Source of the DNA: Eutreptiella sp. 'Long Island Sound 2002'
Taxonomy: Eukaryota > Protista > Euglenida
DNA: 64,000 nt
Direction of reading: 5' to 3'
NCBI GenBank assembly: GCA_964036045.1
Contig: OZ038378.1
Coordinates: 183,768,001-183,832,000 of the forward strand
In this document: one piece after another, positions 24,339 through 37,000 of the stretch
How positions within the stretch are numbered: the stretch's first letter is position 1
Layout of the letters: each line of letters begins with the position of its first letter
Program-made: the position numbers and the translations under genes
The notes under the pieces: model-generated
What the model saw: only the letters and a program-made list of their open reading frames with translations
Told to the model about the DNA's origin: nothing
Databases searched by the model: none

Positions 24339-25599
24339 TGCAGCCTAAGGCAGTTTGCTGCACCTTTTCTGATCAGAAAGTTGCCAACCTCCACTGATGG
24401 TTGACAACTGTCTTGAGTAGGTCACTGATGCAGAATGGGGTGCTTTATGGCATCCATCCCAGAGCTCTTAACATATATGTCGATTTTTTTTGCCTTTTTT
24501 CTGTGGTGTGAGACCTGAAGCACTTTCGTTCGTGTCCGTTGCACTGACGCACTCTCCTGAGACCTGTAACCGAGCCCCACTTTGTTTCACATCGGACTTC
24601 TGCTCGGGGAGGGAAGGGATGGTCACTGGGAAACAGCCTTCCATCCACAAGCAAGCAATGTCCTGGTTGCAAGCCCTCATAATATTCTTCCAGGACCAAT
24701 CCAAACCGCAGACTTGGGTCCGAGTGTGTTACGTAGACAACGCACCATGGGTGCTGTTGGACACGCACCACGGTCTGTCTTTCTGAACCATGTGAGGCAT
24801 CCATGGCATTTTTTCCCGCAAACTGTGCTTGGTTTGGACAAGGCCATTGTTGAGGCCTGACTGTGGACCACCGGAGTGAGCCATACACCACGAATTCAGC
24901 CAGCACAGATGTACAGCAGGTGCACCACAACAAGTAGGAAATACACCCACTACCATACCAACCGAAGCAAAGCAATGTTGCGTCATGTACTCAGGGGCGG
25001 TTAAATTAGCAGTTATTTCTTGATGTGATCAAGCATTTAAACACATAGAAGGGGAGGGGGTCATCAAGTGTGTGTTTAGTATCAGGGAGCAACAATGCCC
25101 GCAAGGTTATTGCGCGCTTTGAGCAATGCCCCCCCCCCCCCAGGGGGGGAACCAGCCCGACAAAAGGGGGGAGAATTCAAGGGGGGGGGGGGGTAGTGGC
25201 TTGGAGAATGGGTTGGGGCACTGCAAATGCATGGCGTCCGCAAGTTTTCCTTGGGGTCTTTTCATTTGTTGCTTGTCAGCGCGAAAAAGGTACTTCCCAT
25301 AGGGTGGCACCAGATGCGTTCCGACCAGGCTGTGTGCACGCCCCAAGGTTGTCGACACCGCAATTGGCCTTCATCTCAGTGTGCAACAAGAGGGTGGTGG
25401 TGGTTGACAGGGGTAGAGGTTGATATCTCACCGGATGCTGGCTGCAGTTTCGGTGCCTTTTGATGACTGCACAGCCGAGCCAGGACCACACCAATGGATC
25501 CGCGCTGAATAAGTATGTCATCCACAAGCTGCCAGCACCACGTGCAACAACGGTAGCCTGGGCAAAGGTGAATTAGGGGCTTACTGTTTGAAAATATGA

Positions 25600-26760
25600 C
25601 CGCAATGAGACTGCCCCCCGCAGGTGCCCCGCACGTTGTGACCAGCGGCATGGCGGGGCACCTTGTCCCCGCAGCCCGTGATCCCGCGACTCTTGGGGGA
25701 CCGCCGCCCCCCAAAATCGCTCTGCAGGTGGCGACTACTGGCACGGCGGGTTGCTTCTCCCCCCCGGTCCGTGATCCCGCGCTTGTTGAGGGACGACCGC
25801 CCCTTGCAGGCGCCGCGCAATGTACGACCACTAGCACGGCGGGTCACTCCGTCCCCCTGCCTCGTGATCCCGCGCCCATAGGGGGAATGCCGCCTCCTGC
25901 AGACGCTCCGCAGGTAGCGACCACCGGTGCGGCAGGACACTTCATTCCCCCGGCCTGTGATCCCACGCCCAATGGGGGACTACCGCCCCCTGCAAGCGCC
26001 CTACAGATTACGATCACCAGCACGGTGGGTCACTTCGCCCCCCCCCCCCCCCGTGATCCTGCGCCTTTGGGGGAACCGCCGCCTCCCGCAGACGCTCCAC
26101 AGGTAGCGACGGCAGGACACTTCGTCCCCCCGGCCTGTGATCCCACGCCCACTGGGGGACTACCGCCCCCTGCAGGCGCCTTGCAGATTACAACCACTAA
26201 CACGGCGGGTCACTTCGCCCCCCCAGCCCGTGATCCCGCGCCTATTGAGGGACCGCCGCCTCCTGCAGACGCTTTGCAGGTAGCGACCACCAGTGCGGTA
26301 GGACACTTCATCCCCCTAGCCTGTGATCCCACGCCAACTGGGGGACTGCCGCCCCCTGCAGGCGCCCCGCAAATTACGACCACTAGCACCGTGGGTCACT
26401 TCGCCCCTCCTGGCCCGTGATCCCGCACCTATTGAAGGACTACCGCCCCTTGCAGGCGCCCGGCAAGTTGCGCCCACCGGCACGTGATCGTGCGCCAATC
26501 GGGGGACCACCGCCCCCCTCCCCCCCCAAGGCGCCCCGAAGGTAGTGACCATTGGCGCAGTGGGACACTTGGCCCCCCTTGGCTCGTGATCCCACGCTTA
26601 TTGGGAAACCAATGCCCCCCATGGACGCTCCGCAGGTAGCGACCACCAGCGCGGCGGGGGAATCCTTCCCCCCTCCGCTCCTGTATTAGGGACCCCCCCC
26701 CCCCCCCGCGCTAGTGCGGCGGCACACTTAGTCCCCATGGCCCGTGATCCCGCGGCTATT
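25600..26760 (+). repeat. GC-rich minisatellite, 93-bp unit x~12
   Basis: Anchor gtgatcc starts at 25678, 25771, 25864, 25957, 26053, 26137, 26230, 26323, 26417, 26484, 26586, 26744. Confidence 0.92.
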
Positions 26761-27134
26761 GGGGACCACCCGTGTAGAGGGTGGCACTATCCCCCCCCCC
26801 GCGCCCCTCTTTTTTCAAGAGCACCAGCGTAGCGGAACACCCCACCCCCCTAGCCCCGTGCAACGTGCAAGGCATCCCGCGGAATGTGCAGCAAAGCGCG
26901 GGCCCCTAAGGTTTGCTACCAAAGGTCTGCTAGGTGAGCGCTGAAGCAGGTGCGGTGCATGGGGCGACCTAGGGAGCGTAACTTCCACAGTGCCTGCCCC
27001 ATACCTTTGTTCAACCGAGTGGCACAGCATGTGCCCCACCGGACCTATGACCCCGCACGCGACATGCCCTGCCATGCCGGTAGGCCCATTGGTGCTGCAG
27101 CCTGTGGTAACCCTAGGCTATCTGGGGCCAGCAC

Positions 27135-27212
27135 TTGCTCTAAAACAGGCGGGACTTGCTCTAAAACACGTGGGATTTGTTCTTAAACACGCGGGACTTG
27201 CTCTAAAACACT
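27135..27212 (+). repeat. 21-bp tandem repeat x~3.7
   Basis: acttgctctaaaacaggcggg / acttgctctaaaacacgtggg / atttgttcttaaacacgcggg / acttgctctaaaacac. Confidence 0.85.
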
Positions 27213-28905
27213 GTGTCTGTGGTTGTTCGCCAATGTAGCCAACCGCCTTACAATTCAAGGACACTCAATAGAATGGCACTCCCCTGCCTCATTCTCCACC
27301 ACCAAGGAGGACGTCACGCATGCTTGGGGACTGATCCTGGACTTCCTCACCGAATCCCACGACCAATGGGCTCCTCTCAGCGTATGCAGAACCCGGTCAG
27401 GAAGAATTCTTCGCTCCAAAGGAAGCCCCCTCGCCACGGATGAGGCCATCGCCATCTCAGCAGAGTACTTAAACGGCATGGGTGCCATGAGAACATAGCC
27501 ACCAGCCGCCCGCAAAGAACATCTAATTGCCGAACCAAACCCACAAGGATGGCTAATGCACAAGACAGCATGGAATTGCCATGCAATTGCGACGGCGTTC
27601 AACTTCGTTGGGCATTAGAACAGCTCCCCGGGAGGGCGACACCAGGCCGGTCCCATTGAACCTTCTCCCCTCAGCTACCACTCCTCTCTCTTTCCACGCT
27701 AAAGTACAACGCCCCTTATCAAACCCGGAACCCGGCACAGTATACGTATCACCCGTCTCCCCCGCAGCAATCCTCACATAGTCACATACTGTGGCGTTCA
27801 GAGTATTCCATGATCTTCACATCTGCTTTGACACAGGAGTGGTACTCATTGCCGCCTGCAAGCTCACACTAGTCCTGTGGCAGGACGAGTGGCCAAGCGC
27901 CCCTCGAGACCAGACCCATGATTGTGAACCTCCCGCGCTCAACTGGGACCGTATATCTTCATCTGCAAGTGAGTTCTTCCTGGAACGTGCTCACAAATCA
28001 GATAACGACTCTAACTATTGGGACACGGATTGAATGCACGAATCAATGCCAAATGCTTTTCAGATGCCCGCTGCCATCTTGCCACCTAATCATACCCCAC
28101 CACCCTCTGCACCAGGGCCAAGGTCAAGGAAAGAATAAAATGAATGCAAAGAAGCCGCAAAGAATCCATCAAGTGCAAAAGTTTCCCAAAGGAGAACCCC
28201 CCTATCCCCCCCCCCCACCAGAACACGAAAAGGTTTTTAGATACCCGCTGCCGTTATGGATAATCTTGCTACCTGATCATACCCTACCACCCTCAGCACT
28301 AGGGCCAAGGTTAGGGAGAGAGTAAAAAGAATTCAAAAGAATCTGCCATGAATCAATCAACTGCAAGGGAACATCTCTATCTCCCACCACCCGATCACGA
28401 AAAGAACAAGCCTTTCCAAAGCCGAATCACCCAACACTGTATAGCACCATGCAACACCGCACCACACAGCACCGCACAGTGCCACACAGCTCCACATGGC
28501 ACAACACCGCACCACACCACACCACACCGCACTGCACCCCACACTTCAAAGAATAGAACAAGCATTTCAAAGCCAATAGTATGAACAGAAGAGAATAGGT
28601 CATGGGAAGCCCACGTGCCTCATGCAAGACGCCGAAGATGACACCATAAGAGAATGTCTTAAGTGCAACGTCAGCGATAACAACTTGTCAAAGATGCAGG
28701 AACCCAAAGAAACGGAGTGGGCACGCCACCCCGCGGCCACTGAAAGGAGCCAAACCGAGGTAAAGGGGCCGGCAGTTGGTGTGCGTAGTCCTCGTGAGGG
28801 CAGGACTGATCTATACAGTCAGTCATACCGCCATACATGAGGTGACTGCCATACTCCCTGGGGAAACACCTCCCCGAATATACACCCCCCAGCCAATACC
28901 AAGAC

Positions 28906-29183
28906 CAACACAACACAACACAACACAACACAACATAACACAACACAACACAACACAACACAACACAACACAACACAACACAACACAACACAACACAGCA
29001 CAGCACAGCACAGCACAGCACAACACAGCACAGCACAACACAGCACAACACAGCACAGCACAGCACAGCGCAGCGCAGCGCAGCGCAGCGCAACGCAGCG
29101 CAACGCAACACAACGCAACGCAACGCAACGCAACACAACACAACACAATACAACACAACGCAACGCAACACAATACAACACAA
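28906..29183 (+). repeat. Compound pentanucleotide microsatellite (CAACA/CAGCA/CAGCG/CAACG)
   Basis: Visible 5-bp periodicity over ~55 units. Confidence 0.97.
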
Positions 29184-29187
29184 GAGT

Positions 29188-29430
29188 CCCCATCCCCCCA
29201 GCTGGTGGGCCCGGGCCGCAGGGGGCTGCCGTCCCCCACAGGCACCCTGTGGGCACCGACTGCCACTTGGGCAGACCTCCCCGTCCCCCAAGCTGGTGGG
29301 CCCGGGCCGCAGGGGGCTGCCGTCCCCCACAGGCACTCTGTGGGCACCGACCGCCGCCTGGGCAGGACTCCCCATCCCCCAAGCTGGTGGGCCCGGGCCG
29401 CAGGGGGCTGCCGTCCCCCGCAGGCACTCT
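29188..29430 (+). repeat. 91-bp GC-rich tandem repeat x~2.7
   Basis: gctggtgggcccgggccgcagg starts at 29201, 29292, 29383. Confidence 0.92.
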
Positions 29431-30830
29431 GCATTGCAGGAGTTGCACTGCCCACTGCCCCCAGGCAGTGAGGGAGAGCATTGCAGGAGTTCCACTGCCC
29501 ACTGCCCCCAGGTAGTGTGGCAGTGCATTACAGGAGTTCCGTTTTTAGGCAGCTACCAGCTACCGCCTCCTGAGCAGGACTCCCCGTCCCCCTAGCTGGC
29601 GGGCCCACGCATTGCAGGAGTTCCACTGCCTGCCGCCCCCAGGCGGTGTGGCAGTGCATTGCAGGAGAAGCACTGCCCCCTACCCCCTAGGCAGTCAGAC
29701 AATGCGTTGCAGCAGTTGCACTGCCCACTACCCCCAGGCAGTGAGGCATTGCATTGCAGGAGTTCCACGGCCCACTGCCCCTGGGCAGTGTGGCAGTGCA
29801 TGACAGGAGTTCCACCGCCCACTGCCCCCAGGTAGTGTGGCAGTGCACTGAGGGAGTTGCACTGCCCACTGCCCCCAGGCAGTGTGGCAGTGCGTTGCAG
29901 GAGTCCCACTGCTCACTGCCCCCAGGCAGTGAGGCAGTGTGTTGCAGGGTTTCCACTGCCCCCAGGTAGTGAGGCAGAGCATTGCAAGAGTTCCACTGCC
30001 CACTGCCCCCATGCACTGAGGCAGTGCATTGCAGGAGTTGCACTGCCCACTGCCCCAGGCAGTGTGGCAGTACATTACAGGAGTTGCACTGCCCACTGCC
30101 CCCAGGCAGTGTGGCGGTACATTGCAGGAGTTCCGTTTTTAGACAGCGACCGCCTCCTTGGCAGGACTCCCCGTCCCTCCAGCTGGTGGGCCCGCGCATG
30201 CAGGAGTTCCACTGCCTGCCGCCCCCAGGCGGTGTGGCAGTGCATTGCAGCAGTTGCACTGCCCATGGCCCCCAGGCGGTAAGGCGGTGCACTGCCCACT
30301 GCCCCTAGGCACTGTGGCAGTACATTGCATGAGTTGCACTGCCCACTGCCCCAGGGCAGTGAGACAGTGCATTGCGGTAGTTGCACTGCCCACTGCCCCC
30401 AGGCAGTGAGGCAGAGCATTGCAGTAGTTGCACTGCCCACTGCCCCCAGGCAGTGAGGCCGAGCATTGCAGTAGTTGCAGTGCCCACTGCCCCCAGGTAG
30501 CGTGGCAGTGCATTGCAGGAGTTCCGTTTTTAGACAGCGACCGCCTCCTTGGCAGGACTCCCCGTCCCTGTAGCTGGTGGGCCCGCGCATGCAGGAGTTC
30601 CACTGCCTGCCGCCCCCAGGCGGTGTGGCAGTGCATTGTAGGAGGTGCACTGCCCACTGCCCCTAGGCAGTGAGGCAGTGCGTTGCCGGAGGTGCACTGC
30701 CCACTGCCCCAGGGCAGTGAGGCAGTGCGTTGCCGGAGTTGCACTGCCCACTGCCCCCAGGCAGTGAGGCAGTGTGTCGCAGGAGTTGCACTGCCCACTG
30801 CCCCTGGGCAGTGTGGCAGTGCATGACAGT
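29431..30830 (+). repeat. 46-47-bp satellite array with higher-order structure
   Basis: Unit gcattgcaggagttgcactgcccactgcccccaggcagtgtggcagt, ~25 copies, interrupted three times by a ~100-bp variant block (ccgtttttag at 29539, 30133, 30524). Confidence 0.95.
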
Positions 30831-31044
30831 GGCACACACATCTGCTGCTTTTATTGCTTCAGCATAGTATCAGCATTGCATGGTTCATAAAATGTGATGT
30901 TCAGGGCGTGGTCATTTGTCTGCGTATTGGTTCTTGCTGACTCATGGTTAGTCAATGCATCCTTCGTTGTGAGCGGGTGGTTGCTGCGACTGCAATGCTG
31001 CCACTGTGTGGAAGCTGCCCATGCATGCCTCACCAGACTGCGCC

Positions 31045-34000
31045 ATGCCACGTGCACACGTTGGGGAAGTCACCGCCGCCCTGATCCATGCGGTGTACCA
31101 TGACACGTTTATCAATAACGATGATCTGACGGAGGCCACTGTGCAATATGGGGGTGAGCTGGTCGAATACAAGGTGTACATGCCCCAGACTTTCCGCCAG
31201 ATTCGCACTATGCATGGAATCCGCAAGGACGACTTTTGTGAGGAGTGGTCTCTGGAGGACAATCAAGAGATGAGCAAGGGTGCAGGTCGGTCCGGATCGC
31301 TTTTCTTGAGGTCGCGAAATTCCCAGTACATTCTGAAAAGTCTGTTGAAGCCAGAGGTCTGGATGGCTGATGCGCTGTGTAGCTCTACAGGATGTGCACT
31401 TTTTCTGGAGATTGCTGCACTCTCCGCCTCCCTAACCAATTCCTCTTCTCTTATACATTTGGACACACTCCACTGAGTTTGTCTGCTACCCTTTGTATGG
31501 GCCCAAGAGGTTCACTTAACAACTCAGCACCAGTGGGGTGGTGGGGGTCCCACCCCCCCACCCCCCATCCCCTGAACTGATCCGGGAAAATATTTTCTGG
31601 GCCTTTCGGCCCACGACAAATTTTCTCTGGCGCCTTTGGCGCAGGTCCATCTAGGGCAAAATTCGTCTTTGGCACAATTGGTGCTGACCAAGGAGCAACC
31701 GGCCATTGGTCCCGCTACTGCCGTGGCTATGTGATGTAATGAGCTTAACTGCACAAGCAATTGTGGAACCTGGAACAAAGTTGCTCCCAACCATTGCTCT
31801 TTTCCAAAGGTATCCATCCCGCTATGGCCAAAGCAGCAATGCCCCTAGCCACTGGCCAACAACCGAATGCACGAAGGGGACTGCCATGGGATGGAGACAC
31901 AGACAGGAGCAAAGTGTAACTGACGTCGCTCGGAATGGCGAAGGAAGCAATGAGTGGGTGTTTAGGGCCTCGCCAGAAACTAACAGGACAAGATGTCAAG
32001 CAGGGGGCTGCAAGTAGGGTGTGTGGGGGTCCGTTGCAGCTTGATACTGGGGGTGTTAGCACGCGCCCGGCATGCTCCAGGCGTTCTCCACCCATGACCA
32101 TTTTTGACTCACCTGCTTTGCCTCACCCCGTATCCACACCAAACAATCCACAAATTGAGTGCCCCCTTGAGTGTTGAGTGTTGAGTATTTTGTTGCATTC
32201 TACGCAATTTTGTATTTGGAGGCAGGTTCGTTGCCCGCTTTATGGACCATGGGACCATGTCCCGCCTCATGTTTGGACTGATGAAAGCAACTGAGCTGTC
32301 ACACAACATGAGGGGGATAATGAGCCAGAGCTGTGTGCTTTGTGTTGTCAAAAGCGCTCCACCATAACAGTTCGTGGTTAGTGCAAGGAGCATTATTGTG
32401 CTGAATGTATTGACCTCCACAGTTGTGGAGATACCACCGTTTGTTAGGCACATGATTTCACAGATTGGCTGCCCTATGGGCCCCTGCCACCGAGGATTTA
32501 GCCGTTTTTAGGGCAGCATAGGTTGGCTGAAAAGTTGAGATTTCAGGGTGACCCCCGACGACCCCTGGGAACCCTTGGGCCGTTCTTGGGTGATCATTTG
32601 GTGACAATGGGAGTACATATAAACCCATGGGGAGCCATGCAGCACCAGCTAGGCCCTCCTAGTGGTGCTTATTGGGCCCTTTAGCACTGTGGTGAGCATG
32701 GCCTATAGCCACCTTAGTCTTGTTCTCGTCAGGGGGGGCGGTGGTACCTCCCCCCACGGTTGCCTACAAGGGATGCCCACCACCCCCTGAGGTACCCCTT
32801 GAGGTGCAGATGCCGCTGTGCGGCGCAGAGCACCATTGCCATACAAAGTGTAGCACAAATAGGGGCTGGAGTGGAGACCCCCAAGCTGTCACACAGGGGC
32901 ACACAGCCAAAATGCTGTTTGCTCACGTTAGTTGTGGCCACCACATCCGTTCTATGACCTTTGTTGTGGAGTGTGGCAGTGTGAGGGGCTTGGTTCACGT
33001 TAGTTGTTCCCATCACACCTGTTTCATGAATTTAGTTGTAGCCCTCAGTGCTTCGTGCACTGACTGTTCACAGTGACTCGAGCACCACAGCCCCGGCCAC
33101 CAACAGGTTCATGACCCACCCAGTGCGAACTGACGCAGGCTTACGCGGTTTCACCTGTGTGCCGTTTCACCTGTGTATCGCTAAGGCAGCAGCAGCAGCA
33201 TTACCTAGCTCCCTAATGGTGTGGGTACACTGGATAGTTGGGCAAAGGGTGGTGAGGGTGTGTGTATGTAACCTGTATATCTCCAAGGCAACAGTGGTGG
33301 TTACCCGGCCTCAATGGACCTGAAGAGGCCCCCTGAGCTCTGGGTACACTGCAACACCTACAGTAACTCATGCTGTGGAGCAATACGACAGAAGGGTCCC
33401 AGACCAAAGCCGAACCCAAACCCCCTCCCTGGGGGCGGGGGAGCCGTCACCTTGAGCATTTTAATTTACACAGCAATGGCAAGGTGGCTGCCAAGCGTGC
33501 AGGAAGTGAGCCCCTTGCAGTGGTCCCTGTTGAGTATGTCCAGCTCTTCGAGGTCAAATCTACCCACCAGAAAAGTAGCACACGTAGCCCTCTCCGCCTG
33601 TCTGTCAGGGTCCCTTCATGCATTGCTGTGCCCTTGTTTCGTGCATGCCTTGTTGTGTGCCGCACATGCCTTGAAATTCCCCTTGGGGGGGGCGGGGAAT
33701 CCATTGTTTTGGCCATTTTGGCAACGTTCGTTAGGGGTGTGGGGGAACCATCGTGCGCCAGCAAGGGGCTCGCAAGGGGGTGAGGGGGTTATGCTGCGAG
33801 CACAGGGACAGATTCGAAGTTGCTGGCGCTTCTTCGGGGAGGGGGAAGATCCGCACATGCCTGCTGCTCACAGATTGCATGGGCCTGAATGGCTGGATAG
33901 TGTGGCACCCAGATTGACTGTAGTCGCAGCACACAATGGAAGACAGTCACACTGGGACGGTGTTGTGGGGGTCATTCAGCCAGTGAGTGAGCCAGGGTGG

Positions 34001-37000
34001 ACGTAGAACACCGGATGGTGCAATCCGTACGCATGGGAGATCCTAGAATCGGCGCGTGGGCAGCGGACGGGATGGTGCTTTGCAGGTCTGGGGCGTGCGT
34101 TGAGGAACACAATCCCCAATTTCCTTTTGGATACAAGTTTACCCCCCCCCCCCCCCCAGTTCCCCATCTGGTATTGGGGCTGCTCTTTGTGTGTGTGCCA
34201 GGCGGAAAAACGTCGACGCAAACAATGTCTGCCGCAGCGATGACAGCTGCCCGACACCTTTTAATGGTTCGCGCGCCGTGCTTTCCAAGCGTTGGTATGT
34301 CCGTACCTCCTTGGCATTGCAGGTGAAAGTGGTGACCACGATGCTCCAGCCGTATTCCTACTACTTGCAGCAGAACGGGAGTTCCCTACTCAGCCGCATG
34401 TATGCCATGTTCTCTGTGGGCAAGACGGTGTACCTGGTCCAGGGCAACATAGCAAACACGCAACACATTCGAGGTCATTGCTTGTCCCCCCTTCAGCCCC
34501 GTGCCACCATCAACCCTTCAGGGCTGCGGGCGACCGCTGGCAGGCCGGGGGTTTGAGGGGCTCCCATGCAGTTGCTGTATTCCGATGCTGCGGAGTAGGC
34601 TTTGGCGACTCCCTGCATTGTGCACACACGCGCTGGTCAGCAATTTTGTGCTGGTGGCAAGCGACAGTCATGCCGCTTGCATGTCGCGCGTGCACGCCGC
34701 ATGCATTGCGGATCCGTGCCTTGCCCAAGTCCCATGCACGCGTGCACGCCGCGCGGACATTATGGCGTATCGATTTGATGTGCACCCGATGCCGTGACGC
34801 GATAAGGCGTGACATGCTTATTGCTCTCGTCAAATGGAGTTCCTGGTGGCAGATGGCCACAGAAGATATGCCGGTAGTCATTAATATGTGTATAGTCGTG
34901 AAGCGGTTGGGCGGCGAGGCTGCAAAGCGTCTGGTGTGGCGTCCCACGGGGCACAAATCAACTACCCAGATTGGTAGGGACCCATCACTGAATTCGTGCC
35001 CAGACCCCCCATACCGGTCCCGACCGTTTGTCCTTTCAAATCGGGGCTATACACACATGGTCTGCTGAGAGGGTCATGCTCTTCCACAGGTGTTGCCTCT
35101 GTGTGCAATGTGCGCTGTAGGCACTCGGCAGGGGCCACCGGTCAGACCAAAGGTGCGCGTCAAGACCAAACAACCCCTGTTCAGTTACCACACTGTTTTG
35201 CACATCAGGAGTCAAACCCCGTATTTATGACCTCAAGGGGCGGGTCCCAAAGACCGGCAAGTTCATGCGAGAGCACGACCCGGACAAGGTGTTCAAGGAC
35301 AACGACACGGACCACCACTTCGAGATGGACTCCTCGAAGCTGCAGAACCTGATGCAGCAAGTGATATCTGACACCACCTTCCTTGCGAGCCGTGGGGTCT
35401 TGGACTACAGCCTGCTGGTGGCCGTGGCTTCCAAACCGCACGGACCACCCGTTTACACGGACTCCCGGTCGTCGTTTCACAGGGAGTTCGGGGGCGTTGT
35501 GCAGGAGGGCCCTTACCCGAAGGTGTATTTCATTGGAATCATTGACATGCTGACTGCTTGGACCCCGGCCAAGAAGGTGCACAGTAATGTGGTGGCTTGG
35601 GTTGCCCAGGGAGTGTTGGCTGATTTAAGCAAAGGGGCATCGGTGGGGCCAAGACGTGCAGGCAGGGGCAGTGCTGGGCACATATGGAAAGGTACAAACG
35701 GACCTATGGGCAGGAGCAGGAGCAGGAGCAAAGCACTAGTGGCGGGGATCGAACACATACGGATGTCCACGACGATGCACAGGGGCTGGTGTGGTGCAGT
35801 GCGGTGTGCTGTGGTGGATCAGTGGAGTGGGAAGCATCGTTTGCAGGCCGCAAGCGTGTTCGACCCCTCGTGCTTTGCACTCCCATACAGCCTGTACCTG
35901 TGCTGCACATGCTGACTTCTTCTTCTTCCGTTCCGCTGAACCTCTTCACCACTCACCACCACAGTTGACCCTGGCAGGCAGGTTCCGTTTGACCAGTCCA
36001 GTCTCAGCGCATTAGTAGACATCTGGGCAGGCAGGCAGGCAGGCAGGCAGGTGACCAGTCCAGACCCAAGCGCCTGAAGCCTTGGCTGACAGGCAACCAC
36101 CAGACCAGTCCCAGCGTCACCACTGCAGGGAACCCTGGCAGGCAAGCCGATAACACCAGTCCAGATCAAAGGCATTGCTTCTGGGTTTGGCACCTGGTGG
36201 ACTTTCCCTGGGCCATTCCCATGGTGGTGGATTCTAGCCTTATTTCCCAGCCCACATTCAGCAGGTTGGTAAGGTGGCTGCATATAGTTGTGGCATGTGC
36301 AGGGTGATATATGATACATGATACATACATGTTTTACATACTTCCTATGCTCTTGCATGGGAACACACTCGGATCTGGTCAAACGCAACCTGCCTGCCAG
36401 GGTCGACTGTGGTGGTTAGTGGAAAGTGAAGAGCTTCAGCGCAGCGGAAGGAGATGAAGTAAGTACGTGTGGTACGGGTACAGGCTGCATGCGAGCGCAA
36501 AGCGCCCGGGGGCAGACACGTTGGCAGCTGGCAAATGATGCTTCTCCTGCCCCAATCCACTAATCCACCACACCACACCACACCACACCACACCACACCA
36601 CACCACACCACACCACACCACACCACACCACACCACACCACACCACACCACACCACACCACACCACACCACACCACACCACACCACACCACACCACACCA
36701 CACCACACCACACCACACCACACCACACCACACCACACCACACCACACCACACCACACCACACCACACCACACCACACCACACCACACCACACCACACCA
36801 CACCACACCACACCACACCACACCACACCACACCACACCACACCACACCACACCACACCACACCACACCACACGTCACCTCACCCCTCGCAGATTGCAAA
36901 TTTCTGCAAGACTACACTCTGGGATGAGTCAGAGCTTTCCACTGTCAACCCTGAATACTACGCCACGCGCTTCTTGGACTACATGCACCAGCTTTGGGTG

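Noticed and set aside
29431-30830. CRISPR array
   Set aside because: Hairpin-forming repeats are contiguous with no unique spacers, no cas genes are present, and the context is eukaryotic; it is a satellite.
28671-30841. Many Cys-rich ORFs of 100-285 aa
   Set aside because: They arise from the pentamer and 47-bp repeats, overlap in all frames and show no domain signal.
33314-35068. ORFs of 230 and 258 aa in PIP5K introns
   Set aside because: Intronic, biased in composition and without motifs; the only coding part is the 34323-34473 exon in another frame.
36345-36927. Long Cys/Val/Trp or His/Thr repeat ORFs
   Set aside because: They are translations of the (CACCA)n microsatellite inside a PIP5K intron.
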